Of a stretch of 63,850 nt of DNA, positions 12,276 through 25,344 are shown one piece after another (the stretch's first letter is position 1; each line of letters begins with the position of its first letter). Under the pieces are notes generated by a model. It saw only the letters and a program-made list of their open reading frames with translations, was not told the origin of the DNA and ran no database searches. This DNA comes from Hydrolagus affinis. Taxonomy: Eukaryota. The stretch covers positions 1 through 63,850 of the forward strand of contig JAAILG010001639.1 of the NCBI GenBank assembly GCA_012026655.1, read 5' to 3'. The position numbers and the translations under genes are program-made.

Positions 12276-12430
12276 AAAGCAAAATACTGCAGATGCTGGG
12301 AATGTGAAATAAGAACAGGGGTCACTGGGAACTCTCAGCCAGTCAGACAGCATCTATGGAGAGAGGGAAGTGAGTCAACGTTTCAGTTCTGACGAAATGT
12401 CATCCCAGCGACTTCTGGTTTCATTTTATG
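12276..12430. mobile_element. Penelope-derived non-autonomous element (shark-type, internally deleted) with a 14-bp target-site duplication
   Basis: aaagcaaaatactgcagatgctgg...cagcatctatggagagag...aacgtttcag|ttctgacgaaatgtcatc matches my recollection of the chondrichthyan Penelope terminal repeat. Exact direct repeat atattactggtctt at 12262-12275 and 12431-12444. Confidence 0.7.
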
Positions 12431-13747
12431 ATATTACTGGTCTTGTTTGTTTTGTTCCCGCCATAAAAATGAACTGCAGATCAACACACGAATAAAGCAG
12501 TGACTGAGGGATTGTGTTACATATTTGTATTACATTTGCGATTGTCGATTCATTCACAGAGAGACGTAAAACATTTTGTCCATGCAATGTTTTATCCATT
12601 TCTTTGCATCCAGATTAGGAGTCATATATTTTGTGTCCTGCGAGTTGGTTTCTTGCCCCCAATGAACTTCCATTAAGAATTTTATAACAAAAATAATCTC
12701 AAAAGTGGTAAAACTGTGTTTTGATTTTTTTAATATAATAAAAGGGTTTTGAAGATGAAAATACATCCTACGTAGCATCTTGTAAAGCGCCTCTTGTAAT
12801 TAGGTTGAATGCCTTCACAAGCAGCCGACCTGAATCTCTGGTCACCAGCATCATGAAGCTGCTTTGACTACTTAAACACTTACCAACTAGTGAAACAAAT
12901 GGCCCACAAATGACACAGTCACTCCGTTTTACAGTATTTCCTGTGAAGCGCTTTCAGACATCTCGCCGATATGATAAGGCGCTACATCAAATGCAAGGAT
13001 TATTTATTATGATAAAGTCAACTTCAAAATATTTCAAACTTCTGGACTAAAAATGATAAACTATAACACAATCAGTTTCAGAGGAAGCTTAAGCGTTGAG
13101 TCAAATTTTATGCCAACTTTGAAACTTTTATTGATCGATATTTATCAACATCATTCAAGGGCCTTTTTCATCATTCAAGGGCCCTAAAACTATATTTACA
13201 TATTTCAAACCACAGAGAATACTAAATCATAAATGAATGAATTTTGAATTCCCGCAGATTGTTTTTTTAATTTGCATGTTGAATAGTTTCAAACATTTTG
13301 AACTTGGGATGGAAAAAAGGGTGTGCTCATTACAAATGTCCCAGTTTAAACCGAGCTATTTATACACTGGTTTGCTAATATTAATTTGCTCATCTCATTT
13401 GAAATCTGTCAACAGTTTGCAGTAGGATGAATAAAGCTTATTGTACCACTAAATGCAGTTTGCTTTATGGAACCTGCGATTTGCATCTTTACAGTGAAAG
13501 CAAAAATGTTCACAAGGCCCTAATTTGCCTTTACTGTTTGGAAACAATGGAGGGATATATCTCTCTATCACCTTATGTGCAGCTTGAGGGCACTTGGTGT
13601 GCATAAGAATGACATCAAATCATGTCCTGATTAGAAGCAGTGACTCAAACAAAAAATACACAAGGTTGTTTCTTTTTAACCTATACTTAGCAAACTGTCT
13701 ATCACTTTCCTACGAATAGATTGTGCACTGGGGATTATATACTGTTT

Positions 13748-14050
13748 AATAATAGTAATCCTTGTATTTGATATAGCGCTTTTCAGGTCTTCTAGACATC
13801 TCAAAGCGCTTCTCAGAATATACTGTAAAGTGAGTTGACTGTATATATATGGGCAAAACACGGCAGCCACTTGTGCACAGCAGTGTCCCACAAACAGTCA
13901 TGGATTGAAATGACCAATTTTTTGGGGGAGGGATTATTATTATCAGGCGTGTGGAGTAAGGAAGCTTGCCCATGGTTTCACTTGCCTGGAATTGAACCCA
14001 GGTCTCTCGCTTGTAAGGCGAGTGCTCTAACCACTGAGCTGCAGGACTCC
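13748..14050 (-). mobile_element. tRNA-derived Deu-domain SINE (young family, short form), full length
   Basis: Head GGAGTCCTGcAGCTCAGTGGTTAGAGCACTCGCCTTACAAGCGAGAGACCTGGGTTCAATTCC (pol III A/B boxes), core TGTTTGTGGGACACTGCTGTGC.CAA.TGGCTGC, L2-like tail and (ATT)n. Confidence 0.9.
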
Positions 14051-15370
14051 ACTGTGAACAGTTACATCTATGGCACGTCTTCTGTGCATCTAAGATCATA
14101 TTCTTATATCAGTTGAGTTACAAAAGAACTATGAAATGCATTCATGTTGGATGATGTACCTGCTATTGATTTTGTGTTCATCAAGATTTGTATGTTTCTC
14201 CATGTTTCCATCCTAACCCCACCATGTTTATCCAGTGTGAATTTTTCAGTCTTCCCTATTGACTATTTTTATAGTCTCTCTGAGGCAGTCTTGCAACGTG
14301 CTACTGAAGCCTCAACTGGGCGGTCTCTTAAGTTGGATAGAAACGTTACAGACTAACTTCATCGCAGCCATCAAACAAAAGGGCAAACATTTGAATCCAA
14401 ACCTGTTTTTAAATCAAAGTTAGTGTGTCTGCACCACCAAGTAACAGGAATGCAATGTAAATGTTAATTTCGCCACAAAAATACATAGTCGATTTACTGT
14501 ACTTCACAATATATTCTGTGAAGTGATTTGAGACGTCTCGAAGACGTGATAAGGCTCTATGTCAAATGCACGGATTATTATTATCTAGTGTATAGAATAT
14601 TACGGTATGCTCTCTTTCCACAGCTACAGGAATATAGGTTTAAATAACTAGTTCATCAGTCGTGTGGCGTTCTCATAAGATTAAACATCCTCCTGTTCCT
14701 CCAATTTAGCTATCATTTTTTGTTTAGCAATCAATCATGCATTCAGCGCAATGTAGTCACATTCCTGGGATAAGCAAGAGCTCTGTCTCTTGCACTGCCT
14801 GGCATGCTAAAGTGGTTCAGGTGTCAACCCTGCAGTCAGGTGCTCAAGGCAACGCGGTATTTTGCCATGAAATACTGTCATGGCATCCCTTGAGGATATG
14901 TCATAGATGGCTATGAGAGATATGAGAAATATCTCTGCATGTGAGGCTGATGTCACTTATGAGTCACGGTCAGCTGTAGAGATAGAGATATACATAATAT
15001 CTCATTGCTGGTCGATAGATATCTTATTTACACTGGGTGTCTACACTCAAATACATTTACTGTGTCATAGTAAATAACTATGCAGAACCTTGTTTTGTGT
15101 TGTGCAAGACACTTCAAAACAACTACTCAGGCCAGTCGATCAGTCAGTGCAATACCGTAATATACTGACAGTATTATGGAATTCTATAGAGTACTTTGAA
15201 CTCGCAGTCTGAGCTGACACTCAGTTTTGAGAGAAACATTGCGTTGATGGAGGTGCCGTGCTTTGTACGCGTCGTTAAATGTTAACATATGGGACAGCAA
15301 CTGGAAGGGCAGAGATTCTTCTTACTCGGCTCCTGTTAACCCTGCAAATCAAAGCTGGTATGGTGGTCCT

Positions 15371-15633
15371 TCAAAGCGCTTCACAGAATACACTGTAAAG
15401 TGAATTGACTGCGCATTTGCGGGCGAAACGCAGCAGCCAATTGCGCACAGCTGTGAGCCACAAACAGTCGTGGTTTGAAATGACCAATTCTTTAATGGGT
15501 TTTTTTTTTGTTCGAGGGATTATTATTTGGCATGTGACGTAAGGAAACTTGCCCAAGGTTTCGCCCTGCCTGGAATTGAACCCAGGTCTTTCGCTTGCAA
15601 GGCGAGTGCTCTAACCACTGAGCCACAGGATTC
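15371..15633 (-). mobile_element. Young SINE lacking its tail
   Basis: Head and core match the family consensus. Confidence 0.85.
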
Positions 15634-16499
15634 TTGTGCTTAACACTCATTGGAATAAGGCCAGTGGGGTGCTTGCCTGAAGGGAATGAGCGCCCATTCT
15701 AGTGCTGAAATTCTATATTCCTATATGTAGTTTGGTTTGGATACCCTTAAACATGGCGATAGGTTTCTCCTTCAGTCAGACACCCAGCTGACCAAAACAA
15801 AATGTTGACACAAGAAGAATTTAGATGTGCACTTGAACTAAAATAAAGTTTTGCTTGAAAACAAAGCTGCTGTTTTACACAGGCAGTGGTTGCAGCAGTA
15901 ATAAATTACATACAAGTGCAGCAGAACAATAGCGAAAAAACCTGCTAGTCATCCATTTAGTACATTTACAAGAAATCAATATCAATACTTAATGCAATGC
16001 TGGTGAAAAATGAGGAAAGGCACAGAAAGCATAATAAACCTGAAATGAAGGGCCGTACAGTGCTCCACTTTTAAGGGAAAAACTAGCTGTCTATATTTTC
16101 ATGTACATAGATATTTCACAGGTGATAGGTTTTTAAAGGAATTTTTATTTGCCCATATAAATTGTAGTAGGGTGCAATCTACATGTTGCATTTAATTCCA
16201 TATTTATACCTTCTCCTTGCATACCATTTTTTTTTTAAATCGTAGAGTCCAGTTTTCCTTGAATAAAAATAACGTCACATATGTGGATATATATTTGCGC
16301 AGAAAATAATATTGTTCCCCTAAACCTTGCTATGCTTGATGTAATTGTATAAACCAGCCCTGCTTCATTTGATGTTACAGCGCATGGCAAAATCCAAGGG
16401 GCATGATTGCAGCAGGCAGTACTGTAACAACTGCTTGCTCCTTGTGGGGGGAGGGGGGTCGTGGGGGGCGGGAGGGAGATGAGAAATCCAACAGCAAAA

Positions 16500-16915
16500 A
16501 TCTGATCTGTTGGTTGGATGCTCGTCTCCGAGTTAGTAGATTATGAGACCAAGCCCCATGTTGGGACTTTGGGTCAACACTCCAGTGCAGCGATGGGGGG
16601 GATTGCGTTGTTGTTGGTGATCCCTTCCTTTGGATGAAAGCTTATACCAAGATTGTGTCTGTTTGTTCAGAAGGACGTTCAAGAACCCAAGGAACTATTC
16701 ATAAACAAGGGATTTTCTCCTGGACTCTGGGCCAACATTCCCCCAGAGATCAATTTTTAAAAATTTATCATTCACTTCATGGCTGTTTGAGGAAACATAG
16801 TTGTGCACAAATTGTGCACTAGATTCACCTACAAATGGTAGGACACTTTACAACAAATCCTGTAAAGCACTTTGAGATGTCCTCCTGATGTGATAGGTGC
16901 TATATCAAATACAAA
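16500..16915 (+). mobile_element. Old full-length DeuSINE (SacSINE1/AmnSINE1-like)
   Basis: Diverged but colinear with the recalled SacSINE1 layout: tRNA head, acactccagtgcag, tttggatga, ggacgttcaagaacccaaggaactatt, ggccaacatt, gctgtttg...tgtgcacaaattg, L2 tail. Confidence 0.7.
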
Positions 16916-16929
16916 GTTTATTTGTAATT

Positions 16930-17180
16930 TGGTCTCCTCCTTCTCCCCTGAATCCTCCGCTCCACCATCGGAGGCTGTGCTTTCAGCCAATACACCTCGG
17001 AACTTCAGAACTCCCTCCCTCAACCCCTCACTCCTGAAGACCTTTCTCTTTGTCTGTGCTTACGGTCACCTTCCCCCTCCCGCTGGCTCAGCCTTGGGCT
17101 CCGGCATTGTGAAGTACTCTGAGACACCGCCCGGCACAGAGGGCGCTATGTAAATCCAAGGTATTGTTGTTATTATTATT
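16930..17180 (+). mobile_element. L2-clade LINE 3' end, family B
   Basis: ctgaagacctttctctttg...ggtcaccttccccctccc...cattgtgaag...gagggcgctatgtaaatccaag-(GTT/ATT)n. Related copies at 43790-43952, 36635-36790 and 11790-11950. Confidence 0.7.
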
Positions 17181-18870
17181 GCTATTTGTTTTTACATCCT
17201 TTCTCTCGCCTCCAAAAGACCTTGTTTGCACTGATGAAGAGGTGCATGTTCTGGTTGCTAACTTAAATTACAGACATTTATACAATTTCAAATTAGCTTC
17301 AGGCAGCAGCCAACGCATTAAGGGAGCATTTACAGGCATACCTTGTGGATTTGTCCTGCACTTTAACCTGTACCCTACATTTTACATCTTGGTAAACATG
17401 CTCACTCAGCAAAATACATGTGGAATCCATAAGAGCTAATTTCCTAGTGAAGCATCACACAAGAAAATACAGATGTGTGATAATATTTCCTTACTGCAGG
17501 TACTGAATTGTTTTCTTGTGTTCTCTCCACTAAGCATGCGGCGTTTAAAAGTTAATGAAAACATTTCTTTATTCCTCACCTACTTAGGTGTCCAGACCAC
17601 ATTAGGTGAGCTGTTTCTTTGCCCGCACTAGAAGCTATAACTTTGCTGCCCTCCAGCAATGAATTGACCTCATTCCATTACCTGACCTGACCATGCTCTA
17701 ATAAAGACTTGACCATGCTCTCATATACACACTGACTATACTCAATGACAGGCCTTGTGGCACTTTGTTAAAATATGATACTTTTCCCACAATACGATCT
17801 GACTACTAAATGTCCCTCAACACCTTTGCACACCTCGATCCCTCTATGTTGACAACAATCTGTGCTGTCTGATTGACAGTCTTCGGTCTTCTTGAGGTTT
17901 TGGCTGTTTGATTCACCACATCCTGACACTTTGGAACTCAAACCATTCCGTTTTGTGTATAAAATAATCCTTTTGGGAAAACAAAATAAAATGTACCCCC
18001 AATTTTTTTTTTGACGCAATAGGCACTTATTTTATTTTTTTTAAATAAAAAAGTCCCCCAAATGCAGCCCAACGCAATTTAGAAATACTGAATCCAGGCA
18101 CTTTTTTCCTCCAGTCATAATGGTCTCGAACACAGCAATCATTGGGAAAAAAAATGTGTATCCCGCAGCACCACTAAAGTATCCTCTGTTTAGAAGCAGC
18201 ACAAAAGACTCATGTTGTTGTGCTTCCTTTGGGAGAAACCAAAAGCGTAGCACAAAGCGAGCATTCTAACTTGAGTAATATGAATGTACTGGAAAGCGTT
18301 GCAGTTCTTGATGTTTAACTACGTTTATCTTATTTATTTGTGAAATTCTGCCGCACGTATGACTGCAGTGCAGGTTGTGTGGGTTTGGCTTAAAGTGAAG
18401 GACACTCGCAAGCCTTTCGAGTCGGAAGGTTACGAGTTCACATCGCTCATCCAGAAGTTGGTTTATAATGAAGCCTCATACGTCTGCTGCAGGTACAGTT
18501 GAACGGGAAGCAAGTTTAACGTTCAGTTTGTTCCTTTATACAAGTACAAGGAATAGAAGGAGTTGATGGTATATGATTTCACAAGATCACAAGGGATGTT
18601 TGGTGAACAAAGCTTTTTTGGCCCATTTGATCTCAACCTTCGAGAATACCCACCCAACTGCCCTCCCAGCATCCAGGCCTCAATCACATGTCCTGGTAAC
18701 CCTTTTCCAGGTCTTAAAGAAATATTCTGTGATATCTGTCCAGAAATTATCCTTTGCAATCCTAAATCTGTGCCTTTTAGTTCTGCTTACTGTGCATCCC
18801 GAGATGTTGGATGGAATTTATTTCTTCAACCCAATGTAAATGTTACATATGTTTATAAGGTTTATATTAC

Positions 18871-19181
18871 AATAATAATCCTTGCATTTGATATAGCACT
18901 TTGCGTGTCCTCTAGATCTCTCAAAGCGCTTCACAGAATATACTGTAAAGTGAATTGACTGCATTTTTGTGGGTGAAACGTGGCAGCCAATTGTGCACAG
19001 CGGTGTCCCACAAACACTCGTGGATTGAAATGACCAATTTATTATTTTTTTTAGGGATTATTATTAAGCATGTGTGTGGAGTAAGGAAACTTGCCCTAGA
19101 TTTTGCCCTGACCTCCCTGGATTCGAACACGGGTCTCACGCCTGTAAGGCGAGTGCTCTAACCACTGAGCTACAGGACTCC
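18871..19181 (-). mobile_element. Young tRNA-Deu SINE, full length, short form
   Basis: Same head, core and tail as 13748-14050. Confidence 0.9.
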
Positions 19182-20274
19182 AGTCCCGTGATTGTTTTGA
19201 CATTGGAGCTTTTTTTGGAGGGGGGGTCATTGGTTTTTAACCTCCAGGAAAAGGATAAGGTTTGACCATAGTTAGCACTTCTGAACCGACCATTCATTGT
19301 GTGTGAACGAGGGAGGAATTGTACAGTGCAGAATGCAAGGCAAACGATCGGATTCTCGTTGGTGAATATTACATCTCCAGCAGGTGGTGCTGCGATCAAG
19401 TTTAAAACTGTTATCAGATCTTCTAAGTTCTGCAGAGTGCTTTGGGTCACCAAATTCAAGATTAGCATTTACTGGATCGGATTTGCAGTTTGCCCCACAG
19501 GATTAAACTAATAGTTTTTAATAAAACAAAAAAGTCAAAGTAATTAAATAGTAACATAATTTCAAAATAGCTGACACGAGGGAGACATTAACAATCTAAT
19601 TTAAGCTGAAATGAATTCTGCATTAAGTGCCATTTCAGGCTGTGCTTTTACATATACTGAAGGTTTTTCATGGTGACAAGGGACTTTTTCTTTCAAATTG
19701 AACCAAGTGGGTGTAAAACATAGCAAGGTTGCCCATGGAGACAGAACCTACAAATTCATAGATATCAGTCACAAAGCATGAGATCAGAAGTGAATCAAAC
19801 CTGAAGGAACTTCAATGATGTATCTATGCTCTGCATGGGATTTTGCAGGGTTCACAAGTAGATTGTATTCCCAGCATTTTTATAAATTCTAAGCACTAAA
19901 AAATGCATGCACCTTGTGGTCTTTGACCTTTCGAACAGCTTAACACAGCTCTTGATTTCATCTGCATTTTCAGGCATACCAACATTCTTGAACATTTTAA
20001 CCCCGCCCCAATCTTTCCAGCATCATTGCTACATTTGACGTCAATGCACACAGCTCCGAGCTTGCTTGTTCTTACCCTACCCATTTATGCCAACATATGT
20101 GTGGCTTTCTGCACTATTTATTTAATGGTGGTGCCCTTTTGAGATCTTGTTACAAATTCTACTTGAAAGTATTTATAACAAATTAGTTGTAAATCCCCAC
20201 ACTCCAAACGATTTATGGTTCACATTGAATTATACATTTATTTTTAAATTAACAGTCAAGTTCACATAAGAATT

Positions 20275-20565
20275 AAGATTAAGGGTCAACCTTTTCGAAC
20301 AGAGTTGAGGAAACACTTCTTCACTCAGAGGGTAGTGAATTTATGGAATTCTCTATCCCAAAAGACTGCAGATGTTCAGTCCTTGAACATATTCATGACT
20401 GAGAGTGATAGGTTTCTTATGGATAGAGGGATTAAGGGATATGGGGATAAGGCGGGCAGATGGAGTTAGATTAGAAGATCACCCATGATTTTATTGAATG
20501 GCAGGTCAGGCTCGAGGGGCCGATTGGCCTACTCCTGCTCCTTATTCTTATGTTCTTATCTTATT
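20275..20565 (+). mobile_element. CR1-clade LINE 3' end
   Basis: Peptide KGQPFRTELRKHFFTQRVVNLWNSL...DRGIKGYGDKAGRWS*, the canonical CR1 ORF2 C-terminus, then the 3'UTR gaatggc...gagggggccgattggcctactcctgctcc and a cttatgtt-type tail. Confidence 0.9.
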
Positions 20566-21597
20566 AAGAACAAATTCAAACCAGTTTTGTGTAAACAAAC
20601 TTGGCAGTCTCATGAATCCCATTCACATGCAAAGTTTCATTTTGAAATGATAGCTTGATATTCTATCCACTCAAATCACGACTGCTGTGCACAATAGGTT
20701 TCCGTGTTTCGCAAACAAAAGCATTCACTCTACGGTCTATTCTGTGAAGCGCTTTGAGACGTCTTGAAAACGTGATAAGTTGCTATATCAAATGCAAGTA
20801 TTGTTATTATTAGTTAGTGAATTAATATTTGGGATGGAGTTTCTGATGTATGAAGTGAATAACACCCAGAGCAAGGGTGTGTCTATTTTGTCTGTATTGT
20901 ATTTTACAAAACCAATCAATATCTAAGTCAAAGACGCAAATTCTAGCTTATCTTAAAGAATGCGTACAAAGGAATTGTCAAGTGCCTTCACTTTGCCATT
21001 GTGGTGTTGCCTATTTATATCAGTGCCATCTTGGCACAATTGGTGTGGCAGCAATTTTGCATACAAAATACATGCATCTGTATTGAATGGATAGCCAGCG
21101 AGGTAGTTTGAATACCCTGGATCCTTCTTTTTCATCTGAAAGTGCAAGCCATGTCATCATGAGAGAGAAAATGAAATAGGTTGATTTTATTTGATGCAAA
21201 AATATTTTTAAAGCACTTATTGTGATGGAAATATTTTTCTCATCATCATAAAATAATTAAATTATGCTTCATTGCCTTGTGCATAATTGATTCAAATTAA
21301 GTGTTTGCGATAGTTCATTCCAAATTGATTCCAGTGTGTGGGTGACATTTGTTTGATGTTTTTGTGTGTGTTTTTTTTAAAATAGTTGAAATTAGGTTTA
21401 ACAAAAGGATGAGCGCAAATAAAGACTTGCGAAAGAAAGCCTCTGGGCGGACCTGGAATGGGCAGAGAGATGTTCATCTCTCCTCAGATTGAGAGGGCAC
21501 AGTACTGGCCTGCCCTCAGCCATTTTTTGCTCCTGCCATCTAACCAGATACTCAGTGGCATGCAACAGTAATCTGGCATCTTTATTTCCTATGACCT

Positions 21598-21976
21598 GGA
21601 GTCCTGCGGCTTAATGGTTGAAGCACTCACCCCACAAGCAATAGGATCTGGGTTTGATTCCAGGCAGGGCGAAAGGTTGGGCATGTTTCCTTACGCCACA
21701 CACCTCTGTTTTCCTGGCAGTAAATAGGAACCCAGCTATTAGTCGATTGGCGGATCGCTTTTCCGGGGGTAATAATCCTTTCAACAAAATAATAATAATT
21801 TGGTCCACTTATTCCATGACTGTTTGTGGGATACTGGTGTGCGCAACTGGCTGCCCCGTTTCACCCACAAAACACAACCCATTTACTTTACAGTATATTC
21901 TGTGAAGCGCTTTTAGACATCTAGAAGAAGTGATCAGGCGCTGTATCAAGTGCAAGGACTATTATTATTATTATTA
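21598..21976 (+). mobile_element. Young tRNA-Deu SINE, full length, long form (extra ~64 nt at 21706-21769)
   Basis: Head ggagtcctgcggcttaatggttgaagcactc; insert ctgttttcctggcagtaaataggaacccag...ttccgggggt; (ATT)n tail. Confidence 0.9.
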
Positions 21977-24900
21977 GTGACTGCACTGCTTTCTTCTGCA
22001 GAAGTAAGCTCTTAAGAGGGGATTCCCAAAGATTTTTTTTATAAGAGTCTAGTTGGCAAAATATTGTTACTGCTGGGCACTGAATTCAGGATTGTTATTG
22101 AAAAGCAAAAGAGGAGTTCGGATACACTTTTCAAGCAAACAGTTATTCGAACATGGAACACTTTGCTAACAATTAGTTATTGAAGCTGAGGACCTAAAAA
22201 CATTTAAAAGGGAATTGGAGAAATATTGAAGAGGACGGAAATGAAAGTGTATGGAGATGTTCCCACAGATGAGAAAATATAGGCTTGTAAATTAATCAGG
22301 GTTCTCTCGCTACCGTTATGAATGCAGTGAATGACGTTGAAATAAGTTTTGTACATGTCGACTTGGAATGCCAAACCTAGGAGTCTTATGCATGAGAAAG
22401 AGGAGTTGTTCTATCCATCTGCTTTTGCTAGGTTTTAAATCCAGGTCCCAAAGGTAAAAGGCAGTTTTCTAACATTGTTCACCCCCTCGAGGTACATTCT
22501 TAATTCAAATGAGCCATAGACTGGCGTAAACTGCTCCTTTCTATTTCTATTACAGCATTTGTAATGAATAGCACTTTGCCATTATTAGTGCATTAATACA
22601 GTTAACAGGTCATTTGTTAAAAAATACTTCATTTAGAATACATTTTTCAGAACAAATGACACTTGGGTGTATTTAAAATGCAGCTTCCTAATTTGTCCCA
22701 AACTGTGCACCTGCTCTATGAGCCATCTTTCCAAAGTAATGTGACATATTCCTGTTGCATCTTTTAGATTTATGCATATATATTGTCCACAAACCCAATT
22801 CTTCCTCTTGAAAATTCTGAAGCCTCCAAATACAATTTGCCCACATATATATAGTCAATTCACTTTACAGTTTACACATGTACAGCGCTTTGAGATGTCT
22901 AGAAGGTGTATATCAAATGAATGGATTATTATTATTGTTGCATACTATTTTACTCTGACACAGTATTGCATGAACAGAGTCGGTCACCTTCAAAAGCCAA
23001 TCATAGATGAAAATGTGTCTATTGATAATAATACTACTGCTAATAATACTTTCATTTAGATACACCACCTTACTATGTCGGCGAGACGTCCCAAAGCGCT
23101 TCACACAATTTTTACTGTAAAGTGTAGTCATTGCTTATGATGTAGGTAAACACAGCAGCCAATCTGCTCATAGTAATAGCCCATAGACAACCATAAAGTC
23201 AATGACCGATAATATTTATAGGATTGTTGATAATGGACTTCTGGAGGGAGGAATTCCACTTTGGTCTATATTTACTCTATTTTGTTAGTGTTTCAGAGCA
23301 TCCAGAAATTGGCAAAATCTTAAATAAAGTCATAATTTTGAAGCTGCAGGAAAGCTTACTTCAAAACGCTAAGAAAATAGAGTAAATTTAAACTCGGGAG
23401 GAATTTTTTATCCCCCATTTCCCCCCTCCCACCCCTCCCCCCAGCCCTCACCCAACCCGGTCAATGATTTTAACATCTGTTCATTTTAATAACCACACAA
23501 CTTTATTATTGGTGTTACATTAGCTGAAGATTTGCCATTTTTTCAATACTTATCTAAATAGCATCAAAGAGAGGATAATTGGCAACCCCACTAATCTAAA
23601 AGTTAGTTTAAATTAATCCATTTTTATCGATATATGATCAGAAAGGACCAGGTTGGGAACCTAACATGAGTATTCAGAAGCTATAGTTACTCAAATATGT
23701 GTGTAGTCTCCATAGCAACAATCTGCATAATGAAACCCTACTGACTGAATGATAAAGAGCGAGCACATTGCAAAACGCATCCCAAATATTCCAAAAAAAA
23801 TCCAAATCAAATTCAGTTTTTAAATAGAATTGCCAGGCACATTTTTATATGTGCGAACTGCTTTTCAAGCATGAATATATTCAAACATTGCAGCATTATT
23901 TGCCAAGTTTAAAAATCCTTTGAAGGATTGTGAGTGGCAAATATTGCATAAAAGAGAACGTTTGGGGGATTTGCTTTTTTTTTCACACCCTTATTGAAAG
24001 TAACATGCGTTTAAAGGGCTAAATTAACTTCATTAGTTTTATTTGGTCTAAACATGTGATTGCCTAGCAATGTGTCCAAACACTCCATTGTTCCCTCTCA
24101 ATAACCATGATTTTAGATCACTACCATTAATGTAGGTATGCCAACTGGTAATTATTCACTCTGTGTTCTATGCGCTAGAGTATTCATTTATAAAGCAAGG
24201 CTGTCATTTGCAAGATGCTTATTAACTGAGTACAGTTAATTATATAAGAAGATAATTACATGTAAATGTTTTATCTAAAAGCAGCTATGCAGCCTGCACC
24301 CTGTTTAACAACCGTGCAGTTGGATTTCCTGATTTGTTTTGCACTAAAGTGAAGCAATTAATTGATTCATTGGATTAAATGAAAATGCTGCGTAATTCAT
24401 TCTAACCAATATGGTACCTATTAGCCCAGCTTCATTCTCATTGCAGCGTGACTCACTCTGTTTGAATATAAATACACCATCACTTGTTGAGACCGTTGAA
24501 AGTCCAAAGTCTGAAATTGCAAATAACATTGCAGTTTTTTACATTTACAACCAGTCTGCTTGTCTGCTTGTTCGCATGGATGTAAAGTGCTTCGGGACAC
24601 TACCGTGTGTGAGGGCCGATATATAAATACAAGTTCAACTACATGTACTGTAGTTTATGGTTAAAGATCTCATGGTACTAACTGAAAAGGAAAGGGAGTT
24701 TCTCCCAATGTCCTGGCCAACAATCTGTCACATTAATTAATTGGTCATTAACTCAATGGCTGTTTACAGGATGTTGCCATGCACAAATTGGCTACTATGT
24801 TTGCACACAAATAAATACAGTAGTTGGAAAACTTTATCGAAACTTTGTGAAGTTCTTTGTGGGCATTCTCAGGGTTATAGGTACAGTACTATCTAAAATT

Positions 24901-25050
24901 TAAGGATTATTATTGTAAGTCTTCTTGGAGTGGAAACAAATTTCAAAACTAAATTATATTACATCAAATCATTAGCCATCAGATGGTATATAGTATATTT
25001 CATTGATTCTAATATCAATGGTACGGATCCAGCTATGACTGTCTTGGTAC

Positions 25051-25078
25051 TCAATCAATCAATCAATCAATCAATCAA
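25051..25078 (+). repeat. (TCAA)7 microsatellite
   Basis: Read directly. Confidence 0.9.
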
Positions 25079-25344
25079 AAAAACTCGTAGTCATAGGAAC
25101 ACTGACGTGCCTATGCCTCCAAATACATCAATGAGCCAGAGAGGCAGGAAAACTATCAACATTGGATTACTGTAGACCTCTCAGCCGTATTATCACAGTG
25201 TTAGTTCGACACAAGTGTTTCAAGATAGAGAAGTTTCAATAAGGAATCGAAACAGATGATAATGGAAACTGCCCAAAGGGGCTCCTAGATAAGAATACAA
25301 GGCTGTATGTGTGAGTCTATGTGTGGCGCATGTACACAAATAAA

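Noticed and set aside
13149-13183. Short tandem duplications (catcattcaagggcc x2; also 4296-4323 and 58803-58835)
   Set aside because: Ordinary slippage duplications.
18563-18958. 131-aa ORF
   Set aside because: It runs through what looks like an old antisense CR1 remnant into a SINE tail, with no consistent splice phase or recognisable protein.
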